Source of the DNA: the human T2T-CHM13v2.0 reference genome, Homo sapiens | Direction: 5' to 3' (one strand) | DNA length: 64,000 nucleotides | Assembly: GCF_009914755.1 (NCBI RefSeq) | Contig: NC_060946.1 | Part shown: positions 46,170-64,000 of the stretch, piece after piece | Layout: each line of letters begins with the position of its first letter | Numbering within the stretch: position 1 is the stretch's first letter | Notes under the pieces: generated by a model | What the model was told of the DNA's origin: nothing | The model's database searches: none | What the model saw: the letters and a program-made list of their open reading frames with translations, nothing else | Translations under genes and position numbers: made by a program

Positions 46170-47330
46170 GTTTGCTGTCAGGGTAGTGGACTGCCAGAGG
46201 AATTCTTGAGCAGGGGGAATCCTTAAGGGACAGTGATTACTTTCGGGGCTGGGAGGTGGAACCTGGAGGACAAGGAGGGGTGGGATATGGGTTTGCCTAC
46301 AGACGGGACAGGGCTGAGAGGGGAGTCCAAGTGGATTCAGAGGCCTGAGCCGCAGAGTGGTTGGATGGTGGTGGTCTTTGTTGAGATGGAGGGCTCGTGG
46401 GGAGAAGGTGAGGGGCATAGAGGGTCCTGTTCTGGACTCATCGAATTTGAGGCATCTGTGTGACATCACTTGGAAAAATCTGAGTGTGGTGTTGGGGTAG
46501 GGGTTGGAGCAGACAGTCTAAATGTGGGTGCCGTCATCCAGTAGTAGATCAATGGTATTTGTAGCTTTGGGCGTGTGTGAGATGCTCAAGGGGCAAGGGT
46601 TGATGGAGAAAAGAGGCCAGGCCTGGGTAGCCTGACCTGCAGTAGCCAGGGAGGGAAGGCAGCCCCAGCTGGGGAGGCCAAGGGAGGCTGAGCCAGGAAA
46701 GGGCTTCAGGAGCCAGGCAGTGAGAATCCAGGGAGACGTGGCCCGGGAAGGGACTGTGAATTGCAGCCATGCCAAGGTTCCTGGTAACCAGGATAATGGC
46801 AGGCAGGAGGGAGAGGAAGGCACACAAATGGATGTGCCTTAACAAACAAGGGGAGTGCAGCCTTGGAGGGAAGTGTGGAAAACGAGGGATGCTCTGGACA
46901 GGGCCCTGAGGTCCCCCGAGGAGACTGGAACTGGCCAAGAGGGAGAACTGGCTGAGAAGGCTCTCAGGTGGATCCCAAGAGCGTGAGGGTCCCACAAGGG
47001 CCCTGAGAGGGGTTCCCTGGGGAGTGGGGTGAGACCAGTGCCTAATGACAGTGGGTTCAGGAGCCTTCCTCCCTGCTCTGGAGGGGACGGGGAGAGCCTG
47101 GAGTGCTGGAGGGAAGTGCATTTGCTGGAGGGATGTGAGGAGAAGGTCTGGCCTCATACAGCAGGGGTTGGACCAAGACACTGAGGGGTTGGGGGCTGGG
47201 AGCAGGGTGAGCGGACCCCCGCAGACAACCTTGGTTTTCCAGCAAAGCAGGCTAAGGTCATGTTGGAAGCATGCCAGGCAGAGCAAATCCCACCCTGGCA
47301 GCCACAGTGTGCAGCAGGGCGGGGACCCAG
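46170..47330 (-). mobile_element. Antisense L2-like element
   Basis: Purine-rich degenerate motifs typical of reverse L2; highly diverged. Confidence 0.5.
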
Positions 47331-48245
47331 GGCCTCTGACGCCTGGGCGGGCGCCCGGTGGGCACAAAGGAGCCGGTGCAGGAGGTCGGGTTTCATGTCA
47401 GCGTGGGGAAGGGGAGATATTCCTCCTCCAGGCACTTAGCAGGCGCTGGCCGGCCCTCAACTCAGGGTCAGGCTGGGGCTAACAGGAGGGGATGTCATTG
47501 TCGACAGGGGCGTCTGTCTCCCCTTCGACTGGGGGCCGATAAGGCAGGCGCCCAGATTGGGGGCTGAGAAGCACATTCCTGGGAGGCCAGGAGCCTGGGG
47601 CGGGTGGGGGAGGCCAGCCAGGGCTGGGAGGGAGGACATCCAGGGAACAGCAGCTGGGTCCACTGCAGAGGCTCCCTTTCCGGAGCCCCGGGATATCCTC
47701 AGATGGGGGAACTGAGGCACGTAAGGATGCAGAACAGGGCCTGGGGCAGACCTCCATTCTTTCTTGTCCAGTCTGAGGCCCAGAACAGGCCACTCTGGAA
47801 ATACTAGGTCCACTTCTCCTTGGACCCTTGAGCCCCTCCAGATAATTCTTTATAGAGGGAAGCCCTGGGCATCCCAAGTTCCCAGGGTCCTAGAGATGCA
47901 GGGTGTGCCTTACCCTAACATCAGGGTGGCAGACCTGTCGGCTGGGCCAGCCTTCTTTCTCCTGTGCTGAGGATGGTGGGTGGGTGGAGACCTGTGGTTC
48001 CTCGGCAAGGTGACAATGGGCTCTGCTCCCCATGCCACCTCCCTGGCATTGTGACGCTTCCTGCTGACTCCCAGAGGACACCTAGATCTCCTGTCCAGGC
48101 CCTCTCAGTGTCTGTAGGCAGGATAGCGCCCTCTGCATACTCTCCCCACCCAGCTTTCCCCCTCACTGGCCTCACACACTAGGAGGGGCCATCCTCAGCC
48201 CCCAAGCCTGGAGTCAACTCTATACCCTCAGCCCCATGTTGCACT

Positions 48246-49390
<1,145 letters not shown>

Positions 49391-51329
49391 GGAAGAGCAG
49401 AGGGTGAAAGTGCCTCCTACTCCAGGAAGCCCTCCCTGGTCACCTTCAAAGGGACCAGAGCTCACCTACTTCTGTTAGAGTCCTGAGCACTTAATTTTTA
49501 AATATATTTTATTCTAAAGGCAGTCCATGCCTGTTGTAACTAACCACAAGAATCAAACAAACTGAACGTTTGTGTACCTGCTGGTGCAGCTGTATTTTCT
49601 TCTTGATGACACATAGTGCCTTTTGGGCCCTGAGCACTTGTCCATTGGGGGACCTCTCCCCTCTTTGAGCACGGGGCCCACCCCCTTTGAGCACAGGGAC
49701 CCCTGCAATTGCTGTGAGTAGGCTTCCAGCCAGCCCCTCCCAGAAACAGCTGTGTCCCCCTTGGCCCTTCCTGTCTGGGCCACAGGCTATTTTTAGCACT
49801 GAATCCGGAACCCACATAGCAGCAGCTGCTTGTGGCCGGAGCGCAAGAACAACAAACCATCCAGGTGGGTTGTGTCAGGCTGCAGAGGGAGCGGCCTGGG
49901 CCTGGCCCTCTGAACCTGGTAGCAGAATCTGGACTTTCCAGGAATAAGCTGGTCTCTGGGTGGGATGGGGAGGGAGGAAGCAGAATGGGGCAGAGGATGG
50001 GTTGCACTAGCTAGGCCAGGATAGGGGAAGGGCCTGTGCAAAGGCCCTGAGGTAACTGGGGGAGAGGAAGGGAGCAGAGGAGAGAAGGTGAAGGAGGCAA
50101 GGAAGAAGAGTTGCTTGTGATGGGAGGGAGAAGCGGGGCCAGGCCAGGCAGAGGTGTGTCGGCCGTGGTCTCTGTCCTAATCAGATGAGCCGGGGAGGAG
50201 AGCGGTGGCCTGCAGTGGCTTGCATTAACAGCGAGGGAGTGGAAGGGTTAGGATGGCTGAAGCCACAGGCCTTAGTGAATGCTTGGTAGTGGGGGTGAAG
50301 GTAGGAGGGGTCCTGGCCTACCCAGCTTGGGGGACAGTGAGCCCCCACTGGGTGGAGACATGGGTGAATGGCCAGTAAGGGAGGGAGACCACTCGTTGAG
50401 TCAGGCAGGTGAGCTTGGGGTGCTGTGGGGTGGAAGCCCTCCCTGGCCTCTAGCCCAGTCCTCCCAGCTCCTTCCCTTCCGTGGCCCTGGTCACTCCTGC
50501 TTCATGCAGAAGGGCTGCAGTTGTCCACACAATGGCCCCTCTAGGCCTGGTTTCTGCTGCGGAGCTGGCACAGGCAGGGGCTTGGTAAACAGGGAAAAAC
50601 AGGGAAACTTGTGAAGACAGAGACCTGAACTCCAGGGCTGGAAATGCAGCCTCGGGGCTGGCATTGTGACCTGAGCACTCCCTTCCCTCTCTGGCTCTGT
50701 GTCCCTCTCTGTGAGATGCGGGTCAGAAGGGTCCATGTGTAGAGTCTCTTTCAGCTCCAAGGTTGTACTCTGATCTATAATGGGGGTATCAGAGATTTCT
50801 GGGTGGAAGCCCCTTCCTGTAACAAACGCAGCTGGCCTCCCCATCCAAGGCCCATCTCTGCTATGAATAAGTGAATGCTTATGAGCAAGAATGCACCAAC
50901 AGAGGAAGCTGGAGGGCCCCTGCCAGTCCTCTCTGCCGGATCTGTTCCTCGCTGTCTCCTCTCAGCCAGGAGCCTTCATGGGCCTATGGTCAGGAACAGC
51001 CAGAGAGGCCTGCAGGGCTGGGGAGGGAGTCGCTGTGGGTGCCTTTTTCCTGCAGGAGCTCAGCTTCTGGCCAGGGGAGGAGACACTGAATCCCATACCA
51101 AGCAGGGAGTGGAAATGCACTGGTGAGTGGTCCAGGGCAGCCGTGGGGCAGGAGAGCTCCTGATGAGGACAGGAGGAGGAGGGGATGTGCTAGGCAGGGA
51201 CAAAGGCTTAAGCAAAAGTGGGGAGGCAGGAATGGGCCCGTGTGCTGCTCATGGACTAGGCAAGGACCTGTGAAGTGCGGGAGATAATAGCTGCTCAGTG
51301 ATCTATAGCCAGACTGCACCATGGCTTTT

Positions 51330-51480
51330 ATTAAACTCACCGAACCCTCATCACCACCTGATGAAGTAGGTTACTATTACGGATGAGAAAATAGGCTCAG
51401 AGAGGTTCAGTAAACTGCCTGAGGACACACAGCTAAAGAGGCACAAAATCAGCAGTCCTGGCTTTGCCACCATAACGGGT
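51330..51480 (+). mobile_element. MIR fragment
   Basis: gatgagaaaataggctcagagaggttcagtaaactgcctgaggacacacagcta, the MIR core. Confidence 0.75.
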
Positions 51481-52280
51481 GATGGAAGGGACCCATGCGG
51501 AGGAAGTGAGCTATCCCTGACCCCATCACTGGGGCACAGGGGAGTGAGGGACATCACCAACCAGCTAATGCTGTGCAGCCCCAGACCCTTTTCCAGCTCC
51601 GGTTTGGAGGTGAGAACTTTTTGCAGCCTCTGGGCTCCCAGGGAGCGTCTCCAACATGAGACTCCACTCCTGAGCTGCCTCCCTGCTGTCTGGGCCTCGT
51701 TTTACTGTCTCTGACCCTTCATGGCTGATGAAACTGTCTCCATTCAGCCCTCAGCTGCGGGACCTGCCTGAGCCTGTGTCCTGACTGTCATGACCCAGAG
51801 CAATTGCCAGGAATTCCCACTTCCTGCTGTGGCCGCTGCCAGAATGTCAAAGCCACCTCCGGCCAAGCACCCCAGAGCTCCAGAGCATCTGGTGGGGGCT
51901 TCCCCCTCCCCTGCCTCAGCTATTTTCAAGCTCAGCACTGTGGGCGGTGTAGGGGGAGAAGCAGATTATCTGTTTGGCAGAGTCAGCCATATGGCAGGGC
52001 CAGGGATATGAGTTCACAGAGACAAAACCTGAGACAGCTCTGTCTTTGACTTCGAAAAAGCCTGGCGGAGTGGCGTGTGGCTGTAGTCCCAGCGGAGGCA
52101 GGAGGATTGCTTGAGCCCGGGAGTTCGAGGCCAGCCTGGGCAACAGCGTGACACTCCATCTCTACGAAAACAAAACTAATCTTTAGGGACTGGGGCCACC
52201 ACTCTGGAAGGCCTTGCCCAGGACTAGTGACTCAGAGCCATGGGTCTGGTGGAAGGAGAGGTTCAGAAAGGCCTGGGTTC

Positions 52281-54169
<1,889 letters not shown>

Positions 54170-54549
54170 TCATCAGGCCTCCTGACCTCCTCCCTCTCCC
54201 CCGCAGGAGGCCCCTGGTGTAGGACAGAGATGCCCACCCACGTGGGGGCAATAGGAAAGGCTGCAGGGAGGAATGGCCTCTGGGTAGCCTTGAACCGTGT
54301 TACAGTCCTCCGTGCTACAGCGCTCTCAAGCCCACTGACAGATGAGGAAACCGAGGCTCAGAGAGGCCAACAGGCTGGCCTAGAGCTGCTCAGCCCACTA
54401 GCAGTGAGGTGCTCAGGAACGCTAGGTCCCCGCAGTCAGCCGTGCCCTGCACCCCTCACTCATCCCCAGGGATGGACCGGGCCTGCTGCTGCCTGAGCCT
54501 TGGCTCCAGGTAGGAGGCACCTGTCCCACCCCGCATGGAGCAGAGAGGA

Positions 54550-55200
54550 GAGCCACGCAGGCGGGCCGAGGCCGGATGGGACTGGCGTCAGGCTTCTCAG
54601 CTCCCCAGGATCCTGGCCCACCCGGCCCCGCGCGGCTGGATGTGAGGACAGGGCAAGTGAAATCGCACCGGGGCGGGTGGCGCAGGGCAGGAGGCTGCAA
54701 CTCGGTACAACGGCCAGGACTGGAGCGCCCAAGAGCTGAGGGGCAGGGAGGGCAAGGCAGAAAGGGGAGCCTCCCCAGATGAAGTGCCCCCTACCCAGCG
54801 GCGCCTGGGCGCAGGCCTCCTTTGTGTCACCGCCACCACTGAACCTTCGCGAGTCGGCGGCAATCGCTGGTGCTGGGTTCCGCAGAGCCCGGGCTCTGTC
54901 GCCCCCTCGCGGCCGGAGCCGGTCTGGGCGGCGTCGGGGAAATCCCGAAAAGCCTGCGGGGAAGAAGCTGAACGGGGGCGGGACCCGGGCGCGGTGAGCC
55001 CATTCATTCCCCGAGGGCTGGGAAAGTCTCCACCAGGAGACGGAATCCCTGGGATGTCCCCAACGCTGGGCCCTGCCTCCCTAGGCCCGGGTAACAGGCA
55101 TTTTCTAAGACAGTTCAGGGACACGGAGGCACCCCGCTGGAAGAGCCGGTGGGCTCCCGGGTGGGGTACGGGCCGGGTGGGAGTCAGTATCACCAGCGGG
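54550..55200. promoter_or_regulatory. Intergenic (orphan) CpG island
   Basis: Non-repeat CpG-dense stretch with GC boxes, between DERL3 and SLC2A11. Confidence 0.7.
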
Positions 55201-56039
55201 CTTCGCTGGATTGATTGTTTTTATTTATTTATTTTTAAATATTTATTTATTTATTTTTGAGACGGAGTTTCGCTCTGTCGCTCACGCTGGAGTTCAGTGG
55301 CACGATCTTGGCTCACTGCAACCTCTGCCTCCCCGGCTCAAGCAAGCCTCCTGCCTCAGCCTCCCCAGTAGCTAAGATTACAGGCGCCCACCACACACCC
55401 GGCTAATCTTTGTATTTTTGGTAGAGATGAGGTTTCACCAGGCAGACCTCAGTTGATCCGCCTGCCTCAGCCTTCCGCAGTGCTGCGATAACAGGCAGGA
55501 GCCACCGCGCCCGGCCTGTATTGATTGTTTTTAGTTTGAGCTGCGCTCCTCCCTTGGCAATGTGAGGAAGACCAGCTCTGCCAGCCGGGCTGTAGGGCTG
55601 GTGCGGGCACCGGCTTGGCCTCACAGAGCCTCAGGGACTCCCCTCGTAAATGAGGCTGACATCCACATATGGGTGGTTGCACCTAGCACTGCACAGGACG
55701 GATGTGAGCACCAGGCTGCTACAAATACAGATATGACTTTCACATGCCCAAGGTTAAACTCCCAGTCAATGTTTGCTGAGGCGAAACCTAGAGCTTCCTG
55801 GCCAAAGGATAATAATTAATGTCTGGGGAGCCCACACATGGGGACCTGTCTCCAACGAGATGGGGGTGGCTTTAGGGCATCCAAGAGGCATTTCAAGGAG
55901 AATCAAGGGGCAGCCAGGTATTGTTAATGGTGGCCAGGTCAGGATCCAGTCTGGCAGGGTCTTGGATTCAAGGTTAAACCCAGTTCTAAATTTGGGACTT
56001 ATCCCCAGGCTCGCCCCCAGGCTTTTACTATGTAGACAT

Positions 56040-58890
<2,851 letters not shown>

Positions 58891-59583
58891 TCCCACTTAT
58901 TTCTTAAGGGGGAAAAGGCAATGGTTGTTTTGAAAAAAATTAACCTATCAAAATAAAATACCAGCAGTTGAAACTAACAATGTATTAATAACAATAATAT
59001 TATGACCAAGTTGCGTCTACCCCAAGAATTCAAGAATGGTTTACCATTAGAAAGTTTATTGATGTAACTGATCTCATTAACAGATTAAAGGAGAATACCC
59101 ATATGATCATCTTAATAGATGCACGAAAAGCATGCAATAAAATACCTATTTATTATAACTGCTAATATTTTGTGTTTTTCCTTAAAAATGCAGTGTTTTT
59201 AGGAATTAAAGTTCAGAGCAGCAAAAGTCAAACAAAAACCAAGTCTGAGCAATAGAGCTACTACAGTGCCCATCACAGTGTCTGCTCAGGTGACTTCTTA
59301 AGGTCATGTCCAGCTCTATGTTTCTGTGACCACAAATAGCATCTTTGGCAAGTCTAGTTTCAGTTGGTCTTTGTCCAGCTCCTGGATTCCTCCATGCAGG
59401 GCCTGAGAAGCCCTGAGGGATAAAAGATTAATCCGGTTCAGTGGACTCTGTGGTTCCTCAACTCCAAGTGCCCCCAGCATAAGTCGGACCTGCCTCTCAC
59501 GCAATGGATCCCCTGGCGGCAACCCGAGACCGGTTCTCCTACCCGCATTCCGCCAAGTCTCTCGCTCTGCCCAGGACGCACAG

Positions 59584-59604
59584 ATGAGAGCGCTCCGAAG
59601 ACTG
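59584..59604 (+). CDS. SLC2A11: SLC2A11 (GLUT11) alternative first coding exon, N-terminus MRALRRL
   Basis: ATGAGAGCGCTCCGAAGACTG|gtgggt; phase 0; recognised GLUT11 N-terminus. Confidence 0.85.
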
Positions 59605-60103
59605 GTGGGTCTATCTTTCGGTCTTTCCTAATTTTCCCGTCCTCTGGGGAAAGGTCGGGGATACCTGAACCAAAGTGTGTGTGTGTGTGGGGGGGGGGGG
59701 TGTAGGTGGGGCGTGCATAGATGTGCACAACCAAGGGCTTGGCCCTCCGGAGAACGCCCAGGGGCAGTGGCCTCCGAGGTTCTGGCGGCCGGCAGTGGCG
59801 ACCGGCGCAGGGAATCGCGCAGGGTTGCGGCTGAGGTCAGACCAGCGAGAGACAGAGACCCGCAGACATTTAGTCCAGAGACTGTAGCAAAGGAGGGGGA
59901 CGAGGGGCCAGAGCCGGAATTTCGGGGGAGGACTTGGGAGCGCGGCGACCAGAGTCGCTTGCTGGCACTTGCGAGGGCGAATGCAGGGGCTTGGCCGAGA
60001 TGACCTTGGACCAGAGCTCCCTTCCGGCCTGCAGAGATGAGCTTGGGGCTTAGCCGAGTAAGGAGTGAGCGGCTTTTCAGCCTCAGTGCTGCGGCAGAGG
60101 CGG

Positions 60104-60145
60104 ATGGAGGATGAACTGGAGCCGTCCTTACGGCCTCGGACGCAG
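60104..60145 (+). CDS. SLC2A11: SLC2A11 alternative first coding exon, N-terminus MEDELEPSLRPRTQ
   Basis: ATGGAGGATGAA...ACGCAG|gtgagc; phase 0. Confidence 0.9.
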
Positions 60146-60616
60146 GTGAGCTCCCAGCGGCGGCGACAAACCCCGCGGCGGTGACCCCAAACCCCCCCCC
60201 CCCCGCGGCGGCGACTCCCCCCCAACACGCTGGGGCGAACTCCCCAGCACCCCCAGCCCTTCTTAAAAACGCTGAGTCCGCGCATGCGCCTCAGGCGCCC
60301 TCCGCGACACTCTAGCGGCTCTGCGCTTCACTGCGCCTGAGCTTGAGTCTCAGGCCTTAGTCCCGGCCATCGTTTAGCGTTGCGCGAACCCTCAGCTGGT
60401 GCGGCCGCTCTCAATACCCACTGCGCTTGCGCTACAGCTTCGTCTCGACGGGTTTGCTCCTCTCAAACGCTCACTGCGCGTGCGCTAGCGCCTCTTTCAC
60501 CACTGGGCGCTGCGCGCTGCCCTTCCCTCCGCGCACAGGCTGCCGGCTCACCGCTTGCTAATGGCAGCCGGGGTCTCCCTGGGACAGCAAGACCTCCGCT
60601 CAGGCCCCTCTTTCGA

Positions 60617-60646
60617 ATGCTCCACGCCCTCCTGCGATCTAGAATG
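60617..60646 (+). CDS. SLC2A11: SLC2A11 alternative first coding exon, N-terminus MLHALLRSRM
   Basis: ATGCTCCAC...AGAATG|gtatga; phase 0. Confidence 0.88.
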
Positions 60647-62107
60647 GTATGAATTCTCATACTTGCCCAGACCAGGCGTTTCAGATGAGGGATTGCGGAC
60701 CTGAGTGAACTGCGCAGGTGCAGCCACCTGGGAGGCTTAACTAAGTCGTCAAATGTTCAAAAATATCGTGCTTGTATGTACAGTGGCGTTAGGTGCTAGG
60801 CTCAGATGTGCATAGGCAGGTGTTTACGCCCAGGGTCGGCCTGTGGGCCAGAGCAAGGTTGCTGGACCCTGGCATCCCAGCCCCCAGAGATGCTAAATCC
60901 TCTGCCGATCAGCCCTGACCTCAGAGGCAGTAAGCCCTCCGAGCGCTGCAATCCTGACTGCTCGCCCCCTCCCGAGACTGTTTCCCACCCCCGCCTCTTT
61001 CCTCCTCATGCTCCCTCAGCTCTGACCTGACGTCCTGCCTCACAGAGGGAAAGGGCGCAGCCAGAGGAGAGCGCCCGCACTGCACTGCCCACCGCTTCTA
61101 GGGGTTCCTTCCCAATCTGGACTGATTTCTTTAGGTATTTGCATGGCACATTCCCTCACCTCCTTTGTCTTGATTTGCACTTGTATTCCTTGACAGCCTT
61201 ATTTAAAATAGCACCAACTAAGGTGGGAGGATCGCCCAGGAGTTCGAAGCTGCAGGGATCTAATAGGATCTCACCACTGCACTCCAGCGTGGGCGACGTA
61301 GCGAGACCTTGTCTCTAAAAAATAAAAATAAAATAAAATAAAATAAAATAGCACCACCTGGTCCAAACACTTCCTACGCCCCTTCACTGCTTTAAGTCTC
61401 TGTAGCACCAGCTGATGTACTATATATTTTGCTTGTTCATTTTGCGATTGCTTGTCTTTCTCTGCTGGAAGGAAAGCTCTGACAGCTCATGGATTTTGTC
61501 TGTTGTTCACTGCTGTATCCCAACACCTAGAACAGTAGGATTATTGACCATAATAGGGAGGCAATAAATCTTTGTTTGCTGAATTAATGGTCCCTATCGT
61601 AGCTAATGTCTGAATGCTTACCATGACCAGGCACGGTATAGGCAATCTCCATGCATGATCTCATTGAATTCAACGATTTCCTGTAGTCTTAGAGACCTGT
61701 CAATATCTCCTGCTACATGAGCTCAGCTGCCATCAAGCACTGTGTTCGCTGCTTCCTTCACATCTGCTGTCTTAAGGGAGCTCTCACTTCCATGCGGCCC
61801 CCGTGGAGCTGTAATTTGGCCTCAATGGGACCAGATGCCAGGTTTCTCACCTGGCTTCTTCCTAAGGCTTCCAGCCTTAGAGAAAGTTACTTAGGCCTTA
61901 TTGGAACTATGGGCAGCCAGGGCCCCTGTCACCAACCTGTCTCCAGACCTATGGCAAGGCCTTCAGCAGGATTCTGCCCTCCAGAGCCACTGCCTCTGCT
62001 CCCCCAGCCTCCAGTGCAGTATCTCACTGAATGGTGAAAGCACAGCTGTCTCTTTCCCAGCTGTATCTTGCCCCCCAGCACACTTCCTGGCTGAGATAAA
62101 CATTCAG

Positions 62108-63940
<1,833 letters not shown>

Positions 63941-64000
63941 AACTACAAAGGATGAGGCATCAGGGATGCCTTGGGGAATTCTCCCTCCATCTCTAAGGGT

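Larger units (their letters stand above)
59480..60720 (+). promoter_or_regulatory. SLC2A11 CpG-island promoter with NRF1 motifs
   Basis: CpG-dense; perfect GCGCATGCGC at 60280-60289 plus TGCGCTTGCGC (~60422) and TGCGCGTGCGC (~60475); contains three first exons. Confidence 0.85.

Noticed and set aside
46549-47367. Longest ORF in the window (272 aa, - strand)
   Set aside because: Lies in diverged L2-like, C-rich sequence with Pro/Leu/Ser bias, no recognisable domain and no splice or promoter support.
59316-59522. Short - strand ORF that might be a pseudogene remnant
   Set aside because: I cannot match the peptide to any protein; a tBLASTx search would be needed.

Overview
Human-type (primate, Alu-rich) genomic DNA that I recognise from the translated exons as the 22q11.23 SMARCB1-DERL3-SLC2A11 locus. 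It contains SMARCB1 exons 4-9 on the + strand (6148-39366; the window starts in intron 3) and the complete DERL3 gene on the - strand. DERL3 has its ATG at 44171, seven coding exons, two consecutive U12-type introns and three possible C-termini. The three alternative coding first exons of SLC2A11/GLUT11 lie at 59584-60646 in a CpG island. The rest is mostly Alu, L1, L2, MIR and MaLR repeats; almost all short ORFs in the supplied track are Alu-derived or chance ORFs in GC-rich DNA. I cannot demonstrate a new biological system from sequence alone. The best leads are RNA-processing features: (i) a tail-to-tail SMARCB1/DERL3 overlap whose distal SMARCB1 poly(A) signal sits inside a DERL3 U12 intron; (ii) two latent GC donor sites in the SMARCB1 3'UTR plus a strong downstream acceptor that is in frame with exon 8; (iii) a hairpin that could pair the donor and branch site of DERL3 intron 6; (iv) an orphan CpG island with clustered kappa-B motifs; and (v) a ~578-bp Alu/L1 tandem triplication. 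Coordinates were counted by hand; repeat boundaries are approximate and gene/isoform identities are from recall, not a database search.
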